Of a DNA stretch of 64,000 nucleotides, positions 7,386 to 16,288 are shown piece after piece. This DNA is from Elusimicrobiota bacterium (lineage in GTDB: Bacteria; Elusimicrobiota; Elusimicrobia; F11), in the NCBI GenBank assembly GCA_044221725.1, contig JBGAON010000001.1, positions 256,001 through 320,000 of the forward strand, given 5' to 3'. The stretch's first letter is position 1. Each line of letters opens with the position of its first letter. Both the position numbers and the translations under genes were made by a program. The notes beneath the pieces were generated by a model that saw only the letters and a list, made by a program, of their open reading frames with translations, was not told where the DNA came from and did no database searches.

Positions 7386-10087
7386 TGGATAAACCAGAGG
7401 AAAAATCGGGGCCGCTCAAACCGCCGCATCCGCCACCAGGCAAAAAACCTGGTACGCCTTTGCCGAAAGGTCCGGTTCCACCGCGCGGTGGAATGCAGTT
7501 GCCCGGCGTCAAGCCGGTCGCCAAGCCGGCCGTGCCACCAGCGTCGCCGGCCATTCCGCCTTTGCCCCCGCAAGCGAAGCCACCCGCGGGTCCCCCATCA
7601 ATGCCACCGCGACCACCGACACCCCCGGGCATGAGTGCGCCGCCGAGCGTGCCACCGGCTCCACCGCCGTCCGGCGCCGCTGGTCCCTTCACGCCAGCGC
7701 TTTCAAACAAAATTTCAGAAGCCAACGCCGCGACCTCTGAACTGGAGCAACGTATTGCGGATCTTGAGAAGAAGCTGCTCGAAGAACGCGAGAAAGTTTT
7801 GCTGGCGTCGTTGCGAACAAAAGAAGAAGAAGCGGTTTCCGCCAAAGTAGAAACGTCAATCAAGGATATTCAGGAAAAACTGCGTCGCGAAAAACGCGAA
7901 CAAGAATTGGATGAGTCTCGCCGAAAATCGGAAGCGCGTGCGAACGAATTGGAACGTCGCATGGCCGAAGAACGCGAAGCGTGGGTTTCAACGTTGAAAG
8001 GTCAGCTTGGTCAGCGCGATCAGATTACGCAAGAAATGGAGACTCATTTCTCGTCGCGCTTGAAAGACCTGGAATACCGATGGTCACAAGAAAAATCCGG
8101 ATTGGAAAGCGCGCTGCGTGAACGCGAAGCAGAACTCACGCGGGTTCGTCACGAATACCAGATTAAAGGAGAACAAGAGAAAGCGTTTTGGGAAGACCGT
8201 TTGAAATCGGTGGCCGCCGAGCGGGACAAGCTTGAACGTGAACTCGAACGAACGAAAGACAAATTTGCACAAGAAAAAGACCATTTGCTCATTGAACGAC
8301 AATCGCTGCGGGACCAAGTCAGCAAAGCCGACAGCCTTCTTAAGTTCGTTGAAGAACAAACACGCACAGAAAAAGCCGCGATGCAGCGCGAAGCCGAGGC
8401 CCACGCGAATCTTATTCGGCAGCAGGGATCTATTGAGCGCGAAAGTTTCGAAAAGCAAATCGCCAATTTGAACAGTCAGATTCAGACGCAGGTGCGGGAT
8501 CTTTCCGAGAAAACGACCAGTTTGGCGGCGGTAAACCAGCAATTGACAAATGTTCGCGGTCAAATTAATCAATTGGAGTTCCGCCTTTCGGAGCGGGAAA
8601 AGGTGATCGAGGAATATCGACGGAAATCGACCGAGATTGACGGGCTTTCCGATGCGCAACGCAAAAAATATGAGGTCGAGATAGAGCAATTGCAAAACGA
8701 TTTGAGTCGAGCGAAACGAGCGGTCAAGGAGGAGGCCGAACGGGTCATGACCGAATCCGAATCGCGGATCAAAACGTTGCAATCGCGGTTGGATTGGTAC
8801 GACACAAATATAAAACGCGAATACGACAACGCGCGCATGGAAGTTAGCTCGGAACTAACGCAGCTGGAAGTGAAGTACAAAGAAGCACAAAATCAAATTC
8901 GCGAGTTGCAAAAACAGACGGAAAGCAGCGCGAATGTTCAACAAGAGCTGGATCAGGTTAAAGCCGAATGGAAGCAGGCACAGTGGGATTTGGAAGCGCA
9001 GTTAAAAGAAGCGAACGATCAGTTGAAGCTGACGCAAGGAAAACTCGAACAAGCCGAAGACGCTCGCATAAGCCTGGAACAAGAGTTGCGTCAGCGCAGC
9101 GCGAATGCCGATTTTTCTCAGTCGCAAATGGAGCAGCGCGAATTGGAAATTAAAAAACTTCTCGATCGTTCCGATTCTCTCGAGAAGGAGCTCGCTTTAA
9201 AGAAAGAGAAAGAAGCAACGATGGGGGCGCAGTTTGAAGAATACAAGCGGTTGCTGCACGGCAAGGGTCTGCCGGATGTCGAAGAATTACAGAACCAGAT
9301 ACGCGATAAATCCACTGCGCTTGACCGCGCGAAAGAGACAATTCACAAGCTGAACAACGAAATTCAAGACGCCGAAAAGAGGGAACAAATTCTCCGGGAG
9401 AAAGAAAGGTCCGTGAAAGATACGGTCAGTGAAAAAGACGAAATCCTCGCCGAATTCAAAAATCGTGTGGCGACGCTCGATCGAAAATTGAAGCAAGCGC
9501 AGGACGAATTCGCCGCCATGCACGCACAGTCTGCGGAGGAGAAAGAGCGAATTTTGAATCAGGCCGCGCAAGAAAAGGAAAGACTGATCAATCAGAAACA
9601 GATTGAAATTGAACAAGCACGTCGCGCGGCCGCTGAGGAAATGGCTGAGAAGATTCGAGCAGAGTTGCCGCCGCCGGGGCCTGCCCCCGAGACCGTGGCC
9701 GCACAAATTCGCCAAGATTTGGAAGCCGAATACATGGACCGCCTGCGCGACAAGGAATCGGAAGTCGATAGTAAAGTGGCCCAAGCGCGGGAAGAAACGA
9801 AAAAAGAAATGGACCGCCTTAAATGGGAAGCAGAAAGCATGAAAGAGGAGCTCAAACGCGCGCGTGAAGCGCGATCACAAATCGAACGGGAAGCGCAAGA
9901 GCTTTTGCAGCAGGCGGAAGCGCATTATCAACGTGAACTCGCGAAGCATTCACAGGAGATCGATACAACGGTAAAAGAGCAGCCGAAAGGCTTTTTCACG
10001 CGCATCGGACGCATTTTGGATACACCGATTATCGATACTGGCAAGAAAAAGAAAAACGAAGACGATGATTTTACTGCGGCGGCTTAA
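7385..10087 (+). CDS. Long coiled-coil protein (900 aa) with proline-rich N-terminus and C-terminal amphipathic helix
   Basis: About 100 aa Pro-rich head (PPHPPPGKKPGTPLPKGPVPP...), then about 750 aa of coiled coil, then KGFFTRIGRIL. TAATG overlap with the upstream gene. Confidence 0.8.
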   Translation: MDKPEEKSGPLKPPHPPPGKKPGTPLPKGPVPPRGGMQLPGVKPVAKPAVPPASPAIPPLPPQAKPPAGPPSMPPRPPTPPGMSAPPSVPPAPPPSGAAGPFTPALSNKISEANAATSELEQRIADLEKKLLEEREKVLLASLRTKEEEAVSAKVETSIKDIQEKLRREKREQELDESRRKSEARANELERRMAEEREAWVSTLKGQLGQRDQITQEMETHFSSRLKDLEYRWSQEKSGLESALREREAELTRVRHEYQIKGEQEKAFWEDRLKSVAAERDKLERELERTKDKFAQEKDHLLIERQSLRDQVSKADSLLKFVEEQTRTEKAAMQREAEAHANLIRQQGSIERESFEKQIANLNSQIQTQVRDLSEKTTSLAAVNQQLTNVRGQINQLEFRLSEREKVIEEYRRKSTEIDGLSDAQRKKYEVEIEQLQNDLSRAKRAVKEEAERVMTESESRIKTLQSRLDWYDTNIKREYDNARMEVSSELTQLEVKYKEAQNQIRELQKQTESSANVQQELDQVKAEWKQAQWDLEAQLKEANDQLKLTQGKLEQAEDARISLEQELRQRSANADFSQSQMEQRELEIKKLLDRSDSLEKELALKKEKEATMGAQFEEYKRLLHGKGLPDVEELQNQIRDKSTALDRAKETIHKLNNEIQDAEKREQILREKERSVKDTVSEKDEILAEFKNRVATLDRKLKQAQDEFAAMHAQSAEEKERILNQAAQEKERLINQKQIEIEQARRAAAEEMAEKIRAELPPPGPAPETVAAQIRQDLEAEYMDRLRDKESEVDSKVAQAREETKKEMDRLKWEAESMKEELKRAREARSQIEREAQELLQQAEAHYQRELAKHSQEIDTTVKEQPKGFFTRIGRILDTPIIDTGKKKKNEDDDFTAAA

Positions 10088-10268
10088 CGGCACCGAGTTT
10101 TGGCTGAACGCCGAGCTCATTGAGCAAGTGGAGAGCACGCCGGACACCGTGATAACACTCACGACCGGCAACAATATTTTGGTTTTGGATAAGCGAGATG
10201 CTGTGATCGAAAAGATTGTCGCGTACCAGCGTCAAACGAAACTGAAAAAGGAAGAGTCATGGACATAG
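10065..10268 (+). CDS. flbD: Flagellar FlbD (SwrD) family protein
   Basis: MILLRRLNGTEFWLNAELIEQVESTPDTVITLTTG matches the FlbD pattern (MI.LTRLNG..F.LN.DLIE.IE.TPDT.ITL..G), and it sits in the usual position just upstream of motA. Confidence 0.9.
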   Translation: MILLRRLNGTEFWLNAELIEQVESTPDTVITLTTGNNILVLDKRDAVIEKIVAYQRQTKLKKEESWT

Positions 10269-11047
10269 CAACAATTGGCGGAATATTGATTGGCGGTTTC
10301 ATGGTGTTCTTTACGGTGTTTCATTCCGAAGGGATAAAAGGTTTTGCCCCGTTTATGAACGCCGAAGCGTTTTTGATCGTGTTGGGCGGGACCTTCTGCG
10401 CGTTGCTCGTCAATTACCCAATTTCCCAAGTGTTTGGAATGTTCAAAGTGTTGAAAAAAGTGATGAGCAACTACACGGTCGATACGCAAGAAATCGTTAC
10501 GACATTTGTGAAGTTCGCGAAAAAGGCGCGCACCGATGGATTCCTCGCGCTACAGGAAGAAGTTAAAAGTACGAAAGACGATTTTTTGAAACGGGGTGTG
10601 CAGCTTGTGATCGACGGAGCCGATAAAGAATTCATTCAGAACATGATGGAGACGGAACTGGGATTTATTCGAGAGCGGCACAAGGTCGGTCAGGAAATTT
10701 TTAATTCGCTGGGCACCTACGGCCCCGCGTTCGGCATTATCGGCACGATTCTCGGAATGATCATGATGATGAGCACGCTGGACGATGTGGCGCAGGTGCC
10801 GCGCCGAATGGCTCTTTGCTTGTCGGCGGCGTTCATGGGGTTGGGCTCCGGTTATTTGATCTTCTTGCCGATGGCCGGGAAACTTCGTCGCCGATCCGAA
10901 GAAGAGCTTTTAATTAAAGAAATTATTATCCGTGGTGTGCTGCTTCTACAGACTGGGGCGGCGCCCAGCTTGCTCGAGTCCAATCTCAAAGCGTATCTTG
11001 ATCCTGCCACGCGCAGCCTTATCCGGACGACGGCCGGGAACGAGTAA
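10259..11047 (+). CDS. motA: Stator A subunit, MotA/PomA family
   Basis: FLIVLGGT, KARTDGFLAL, DDFLKRGVQLVIDG, GPAFGIIGTILG and FLPMAGKL motifs. Confidence 0.92.
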   Translation: MDIATIGGILIGGFMVFFTVFHSEGIKGFAPFMNAEAFLIVLGGTFCALLVNYPISQVFGMFKVLKKVMSNYTVDTQEIVTTFVKFAKKARTDGFLALQEEVKSTKDDFLKRGVQLVIDGADKEFIQNMMETELGFIRERHKVGQEIFNSLGTYGPAFGIIGTILGMIMMMSTLDDVAQVPRRMALCLSAAFMGLGSGYLIFLPMAGKLRRRSEEELLIKEIIIRGVLLLQTGAAPSLLESNLKAYLDPATRSLIRTTAGNE

Positions 11048-11724
11048 TGTCTCTCAAGCCCCAAAAGGGATTTATTGACGAAACCGATCCGCGCGTCACA
11101 TTGATCGGTCATCCCGCGCCCGCGTGGATGGTGAACTATGCGGATCTTATGACCGAACTTGTCTGTTTTTATTTGATCCTTTACGCATTGTCAGCGGCTC
11201 TTTCGAAACCGGTGCAGGAAGCGAAGAAAGAAGTGGAAGAAAAAATGAAGCAGGAAGAGGTGGCGGGCGACGTTAAAATCACGAAAGACGGCCTTGTTAT
11301 CTCGTTGCAGGAACAGGGATACAAGGTGTTTTTTCAAAGTGGTTCGTCGGAGATGACCGATGAAATGAAAGGGATTTTGAATCAGTTGGCTCCGACGTTT
11401 AAGAAGCTTGCGGAGAAAAAACACGACATCATCGTGGAGGGCCACACCGATGATATTCCGATCCACACAACGAAGTTTGATTCAAACTGGGAATTGTCAA
11501 CGGCGCGCGCGACAACGGTCGTCCAATATCTCATTCATGAACACAAATATCCCCCGGAGCATATTGCGGCGATTGGTTACGGTGAAAACAAGGGATTGCC
11601 CCGTGGCCCCGACGAGGATTTGACCGCGTGGCGCTCCAAAAATCGCCGTGTGGTGTTCCTCATTAAAAATCCCGATTCGCCGGCGAAAACCTCGGAAGTG
11701 GCTGAAGTTTCAGAAGGCCACTAA
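11047..11724 (+). CDS. motB: Stator B subunit, MotB family, with OmpA-like peptidoglycan-binding domain
   Basis: WMVNYADLMT TM motif with the conserved Asp; VEGHTDDIPI...SNWELSTARA...GYGE...NRRV. Confidence 0.92.
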   Translation: MSLKPQKGFIDETDPRVTLIGHPAPAWMVNYADLMTELVCFYLILYALSAALSKPVQEAKKEVEEKMKQEEVAGDVKITKDGLVISLQEQGYKVFFQSGSSEMTDEMKGILNQLAPTFKKLAEKKHDIIVEGHTDDIPIHTTKFDSNWELSTARATTVVQYLIHEHKYPPEHIAAIGYGENKGLPRGPDEDLTAWRSKNRRVVFLIKNPDSPAKTSEVAEVSEGH

Positions 11725-11744
11725 TAAAAAAGTAACCTCCGACT

Positions 11745-12548
11745 ATGAAATTTCCCTCCTCTCGAAAACGGCTCTCAATAATTTTGGTTTCTTTTTTAAT
11801 TGCCCCTATTGGCTGTGTGTCCAAAACACGGTTGCGCAAGACTCTTGTTGAGAACCCTGACATTCTGTCGGACGTCATTCAAAAGAATCCCGATGAATTT
11901 ATAAACGCTTATAAAGTAGCCGCCTCGGCGGTGAGGCAGAAAGAAGCAGCCGAAAAAGCCAAAGAAGAAAAGCTGCGCCGCTACGCCGAATTCGCGGACC
12001 CGAAAAAACCGGTTGTCGAAAAGGACCGCGCCATTCGGGGAAACATAAGTGCGCCGATTCTCATTGTTTGCTACTCCGATTTCCAGTGCCAGTATTGCAA
12101 GCACGGGTTTCAAAATATTGCGGAAGTTCGGGCAAAATACGAAGACAAAGTTTGTTACGTGCACAAAAATTTTCCTTTGCCGTTTCATCCCATGGCCATG
12201 CCCGCCGCGTTGCGTTTTGAAGCGATCGCCCTTCAAAGCGCTGACAAGGCCTACCAATTCCACGATGCCATTTTTATCGACCAGCAACGGCTGGCTGCTG
12301 ATGGGGAAAAATTTTTGGATGAAATAGCAAAGGGTCTTGGTGTCGATATGAAGCGCATGAAAAAGGATCTCACGTCGGATGTTGTGAAGAAGCGCATCGC
12401 TGACGACACAGCCGAAGCAAAAGGATTTGACTTCGATGGCACGCCGGGTTTTATTGTGAGCGGGGTGCGATTTTTTGGCGCTGTTGCGCCGGCCGAGTTT
12501 GAGGATATTATCGACCGGCGGCTTAACGAACTCGAGCCCAAAAAATAA
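11745..12548 (+). CDS. DsbA-family thiol-disulfide oxidoreductase, probable lipoprotein
   Basis: YSDFQCQYC active site, FPLPFHP, and the cis-Pro loop GTPGF. N-terminal hydrophobic stretch ends in APIGC. Confidence 0.85.
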   Translation: MKFPSSRKRLSIILVSFLIAPIGCVSKTRLRKTLVENPDILSDVIQKNPDEFINAYKVAASAVRQKEAAEKAKEEKLRRYAEFADPKKPVVEKDRAIRGNISAPILIVCYSDFQCQYCKHGFQNIAEVRAKYEDKVCYVHKNFPLPFHPMAMPAALRFEAIALQSADKAYQFHDAIFIDQQRLAADGEKFLDEIAKGLGVDMKRMKKDLTSDVVKKRIADDTAEAKGFDFDGTPGFIVSGVRFFGAVAPAEFEDIIDRRLNELEPKK

Positions 12549-14693
12549 TTACGTCTTCGAGAATCGAAACTCGCCCGTTTTTTCGCTGACGCCCACCATA
12601 ATTTTGTCGCCGTCTTTTACGGCGCCTTTCAGTAGCTCGAGCGCAAGCTTGTCCTGAATTTCGCGCTGCAACAAGCGGCGCAGAGGCCGCGCTCCAAACT
12701 CCGAATCAAATCCTTCGTCAGCCAATTTTGTTTTGGCGCTTTTATCGATCGTCAGCGTGATTCCGCGGCGCTCGAGTTTTTCGGATAGGTCGCGCAACTG
12801 CAAATCGACAATCTTGCCGATATCGGATTTGCTGAGTTTGTTGAACACGATGATCTCGTCAATGCGATTGATGAGTTCTGGTCGGAAATTTCGTTTCAAC
12901 TCTTCGGTCACCTTTTTCTCGAGCGTCTGCTTCGGCAGATTTTCTTGAAACAAAGGACTGCCGATGTTTGACGTCATGATGATCACCGAGTTCTTGAAGT
13001 TGACCACGCGCCCTTGGCCGTCGGTCAGCCGACCGTCCTCCAAGATTTGCAGGAGCACGTTAAATACTTCGGGATGTGCTTTTTCAATTTCGTCAAACAG
13101 AATGACGGCGTAAGGACGCCGACGTATCTTCTCTGTCAGTTGTCCGCCTTCTTCGTAACCCACGTAGCCCGGGGGCGCGCCGATGAGCCGGCTCACCGAA
13201 TGTTTTTCCATGTATTCAGACATGTCGATGCGCACAAGCGCGGTCTCATCATCAAACAAAAACCAAGCAAGCGTTTTTGCGAGGTAGGTTTTTCCCACGC
13301 CGGTGGGTCCCATGAAAATAAAGGATCCCTGCGGACGGTTCGGATCCGCCAAACCGGAACGCGAGCGGCGAATGGCGTTTGAAATGAGTTCCACCGCTTC
13401 GTCTTGACCCACGATCCGTTCTTTAAGTTTTTCGTCCATGTGGACGAGTTTGTCGAGTTCGCCTTCCATGAGTTTCGAAAGCGGAATGCCGGTCCATTTC
13501 GCCACCACCTCAGCAATGTCCTCTTCGTCCACTTCTTCCTTCAACATTTTTTGACTTTTTTGAAGCTCGGAAAGTTTGGCCTGTTCCTTTGCAAGCGTCG
13601 CCTCCAAGTCGCGCAAGGTTCCGTAACGAATCTCTGCCACTTTTTCGAGGCGCCCTTCTTTCTCGAAGCGTTCGCTTTCGATTTTTGCGCGTTCCATGGC
13701 TTCCTTCGTTTTACGGATGCGGTCGATAACTTCCTTTTCGCCGGCCCAGTGCTTTTTCATCTCAGACGATTTGTTTTTGAGTTCCGTCAGTTCTTCACCC
13801 AATTTCTTCAATCGCTCGGCGGACGCCGGATCCTTTTCTTTCTTAAGCGCTTGGTTTTCAATTTCGAGCTGCGTGATCTTCCGGTCCAGCTCGTCGATTT
13901 CCGTCGGCAAGCTGTCGATTTCGATGCGCAACTTGGACGTCGCTTCATCGATCAAGTCGATAGCTTTGTCGGGCAAAAAGCGATCGGAAATATAACGATC
14001 CGATAAAGTCGCTGCGGCCACGAGCGCCGTGTCTTTGATGCGAACGCCGTGGTAAACCTCGTAGCGTTCTTTGAGACCGCGCAAAATAGCAATCGTGTCT
14101 TCAACGGTTGGTTCTCCGATGAAGATTGGTTGAAAGCGCCGTTCAAGCGCCTTGTCTTTTTCGATGTATTTCCGGTATTCGTCGAGAGTGGTAGCACCAA
14201 CGCAGCGAAGTTGGCCGCGTGCCAGCGCGGGTTTCAGCATGTTCGACGCGTCGACCGAGCCCTCGGCCCCTCCGGCGCTAACGATCGTGTGAAGCTCATC
14301 AATAAAAAGAATGACTTCGCCGCCCTTGTCTTCAATTTCTTTTAAGACGGCTTTAAGGCGTTCTTCGAACTCTCCGCGGTATTTTGCACCCGCCACAAGC
14401 GAGCCAATGTCGAGCGCGACAATGCGTCGATTTTTCAGCGTGGTAGGAACATCGCCTTGCGCGATGCGCCGTGCGAGCCCTTCCGCAATCGCCGTTTTGC
14501 CCGTCCCAGGATCGCCAATCAGCACCGGATTGTTTTTGGTACGGCGCGACAAAACCTGGATCGCTCGCCGAATTTCGGCGTCGCGCCCGATAACCGGATC
14601 GAGCTTGCCTTGCTTGGCCAGCTCGGTTAAATCTTTTCCAAAACGCTCCAATGCCGGGCGCTGGTCTTCTTGTTGGCTGGGAGAAATCTGCAT
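12549..14693 (-). CDS. clpB: ClpB disaggregase lacking the N-terminal domain
   Basis: Two AAA+ modules ([16 protein letters not shown]), [12 protein letters not shown] pore loop, long middle-domain coiled coil, no IGF ClpP-binding loop. ATG at 14693 follows RBS AAAAGGAGG. Confidence 0.93.
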   Translation of the reverse strand: MQISPSQQEDQRPALERFGKDLTELAKQGKLDPVIGRDAEIRRAIQVLSRRTKNNPVLIGDPGTGKTAIAEGLARRIAQGDVPTTLKNRRIVALDIGSLVAGAKYRGEFEERLKAVLKEIEDKGGEVILFIDELHTIVSAGGAEGSVDASNMLKPALARGQLRCVGATTLDEYRKYIEKDKALERRFQPIFIGEPTVEDTIAILRGLKERYEVYHGVRIKDTALVAAATLSDRYISDRFLPDKAIDLIDEATSKLRIEIDSLPTEIDELDRKITQLEIENQALKKEKDPASAERLKKLGEELTELKNKSSEMKKHWAGEKEVIDRIRKTKEAMERAKIESERFEKEGRLEKVAEIRYGTLRDLEATLAKEQAKLSELQKSQKMLKEEVDEEDIAEVVAKWTGIPLSKLMEGELDKLVHMDEKLKERIVGQDEAVELISNAIRRSRSGLADPNRPQGSFIFMGPTGVGKTYLAKTLAWFLFDDETALVRIDMSEYMEKHSVSRLIGAPPGYVGYEEGGQLTEKIRRRPYAVILFDEIEKAHPEVFNVLLQILEDGRLTDGQGRVVNFKNSVIIMTSNIGSPLFQENLPKQTLEKKVTEELKRNFRPELINRIDEIIVFNKLSKSDIGKIVDLQLRDLSEKLERRGITLTIDKSAKTKLADEGFDSEFGARPLRRLLQREIQDKLALELLKGAVKDGDKIMVGVSEKTGEFRFSKT

Positions 14694-14704
14694 TCGGCCT
14701 CCTT

Positions 14705-14731
14705 TTGGCACTCGAATATTTGGAGCGCTAA
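14705..14731. promoter_or_regulatory. CIRCE element (HrcA operator) upstream of clpB
   Basis: TTGGCACTC-N9-GAGCGCTAA versus consensus TTAGCACTC-N9-GAGTGCTAA: one mismatch per arm, exact 9-nt spacer, abutting the clpB RBS. Confidence 0.88.
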
Positions 14732-14837
14732 TTTTGACAAAAAGTTCCGCCCGTTTGAAGAGTGTGTGGGAATTTTCTAAAGAGAAGTCGGTTGAAAATG
14801 GCGGTCCTTATAATAATCAGGAGGAAGTGCAACTCTC

Positions 14838-15734
14838 ATGAAAATACTTATTTCAGGCGCAACAGGAATGGTTGGCCAAAATCTTTACCTGAACTTGGTC
14901 CGAGAAGGACATGACGTTTTCCGGTTAATGCGGTCGGTCAGCAGTGCGGCCGGAACCGATTTGGTGTGGGATCCTCTCACCGGCAAGGCCGAGAGCGCCC
15001 GTTTTGAAGGATTCGATGCTGTTGTGCATTTGGCGGGGGAAAGTATTGCTTCCGGTCGTTGGACCGAAAAACGCAAAAAACGGATTCGCGAAAGCCGTGT
15101 CATCGGCACAAAGAATCTCACAAATATTTTATCGACGCTGAAACACCCTCCTAAAGTTTACGTCGTTGCATCGGCGGTCGGTTTCTACGGAAGTCGGGAT
15201 GCCGAAGTGCTGGACGAACAAAGCAAACCCGGCACGGGCTTTCTAGCGGAGGTTTGTCAGGAATGGGAAGCCGCAACGCAGGATGCTGCTCAAAAAGGAA
15301 TTCGCACGGTGAATCTCCGGTTCGGAATCATTCTGAGTCCAAAAGGAGGCGCGTTGAAAGTAATGTTGTGTCCTTTCAAAGCCGGTGCCGCTGGAATTAT
15401 CGGAGATGGGAAACAGGTGATGAGTTGGATAGCGCTTCCCGACGCTGTTGCAATTATTGAGTCCGCGTTAACAGACACAAAACTGCAAGGCGCCGTTAAT
15501 GTCGTTTCGCCCGATCCCGTTACAAATGCTGTGTTCACTCAGACGTTGGGCGATGTGCTTAAGCGTCCGACCCTCATCCCAATGCCGGCCTTCGCAGCAC
15601 GGATGGCGTTTGGCGAAATGGCCGACGCGCTGCTGTTGTCCAGCGCGCGCGTGTTGCCGAAAAAACTTCAAGCGGCCGGCTACCAATTTAAATTGCCGAC
15701 ATTAAAAATGGCGCTGCAGACGTTACTGCCTTAG
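14838..15734 (+). CDS. TIGR01777/YfcH-family NAD-dependent epimerase-like oxidoreductase
   Basis: [13 protein letters not shown]ossmann motif; [34 protein letters not shown]. Confidence 0.9.
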   Translation: MKILISGATGMVGQNLYLNLVREGHDVFRLMRSVSSAAGTDLVWDPLTGKAESARFEGFDAVVHLAGESIASGRWTEKRKKRIRESRVIGTKNLTNILSTLKHPPKVYVVASAVGFYGSRDAEVLDEQSKPGTGFLAEVCQEWEAATQDAAQKGIRTVNLRFGIILSPKGGALKVMLCPFKAGAAGIIGDGKQVMSWIALPDAVAIIESALTDTKLQGAVNVVSPDPVTNAVFTQTLGDVLKRPTLIPMPAFAARMAFGEMADALLLSSARVLPKKLQAAGYQFKLPTLKMALQTLLP

Positions 15735-16256
15735 TTACTTTCCGGTCAGAACAATGGGGCCGCAACCAATGCGGCTTCCGGCGTTACCGACGGGTTGCCC
15801 AAAATCGTCTCTCTTCTCATGGAGCACGACCGCGCGGCCGGCGACGTTAAAGTGCGTTCCGGTGAGGCTGACCCCCGGTATCGTCAGGTTGATCGTGGCG
15901 GATCCTTTTTCATCGGCCGTGATGTTTCCGAGGTCGCCGGGATGAACCTTCGATGCGCCGTCCTTTGTAACGAGTCCGTGCGCGTGTTGATCGGGATTAT
16001 AATGACTGCCGGCGTTTTTGCCTTCGTCGCCGCAATCGCCAAATTCGTGAATATGAAATGCGTGTTCGCCGGACGGAATATTTTCCAATGTGCCGCTGAT
16101 TTTTAGGCCTTGAGCGGTGTCTTCAAATTTCAGTTCTCCCGAGATGTCGGACTCTTCTTTTGTTCCTTCAATGGACGCCATGCCGATCGCGCTCCAGGAG
16201 CGAACGGAAAACGAAGTGAGGAGTGTCGCGAAAAGCATCAATTGTTGTGTCTTCAT
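15735..16256 (-). CDS. sodC: Periplasmic Cu/Zn superoxide dismutase
   Basis: Signal peptide; HAFHIHE, AGSHYNP, HPGDLGNI, VVLHEKRDD and GNAGSRIGCG motifs. Confidence 0.92.
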   Translation of the reverse strand: MKTQQLMLFATLLTSFSVRSWSAIGMASIEGTKEESDISGELKFEDTAQGLKISGTLENIPSGEHAFHIHEFGDCGDEGKNAGSHYNPDQHAHGLVTKDGASKVHPGDLGNITADEKGSATINLTIPGVSLTGTHFNVAGRAVVLHEKRDDFGQPVGNAGSRIGCGPIVLTGK

Positions 16257-16288
16257 AGTTACCTCGATTTTGTAACGATTGAATAATC

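Noticed and set aside
5634..10087. Coiled-coil genes as SMC/SbcC or Wadjet components
   Set aside because: No Walker A/B or signature motifs and no kleisin or nuclease partners are visible.
10259..11724. motA/motB as a Zorya (ZorAB) anti-phage system
   Set aside because: MotA has no long ZorA tail, there are no zorC/D/E-like genes, and the pair sits with flbD and a FliG-domain gene, which points to flagellar-type stators.
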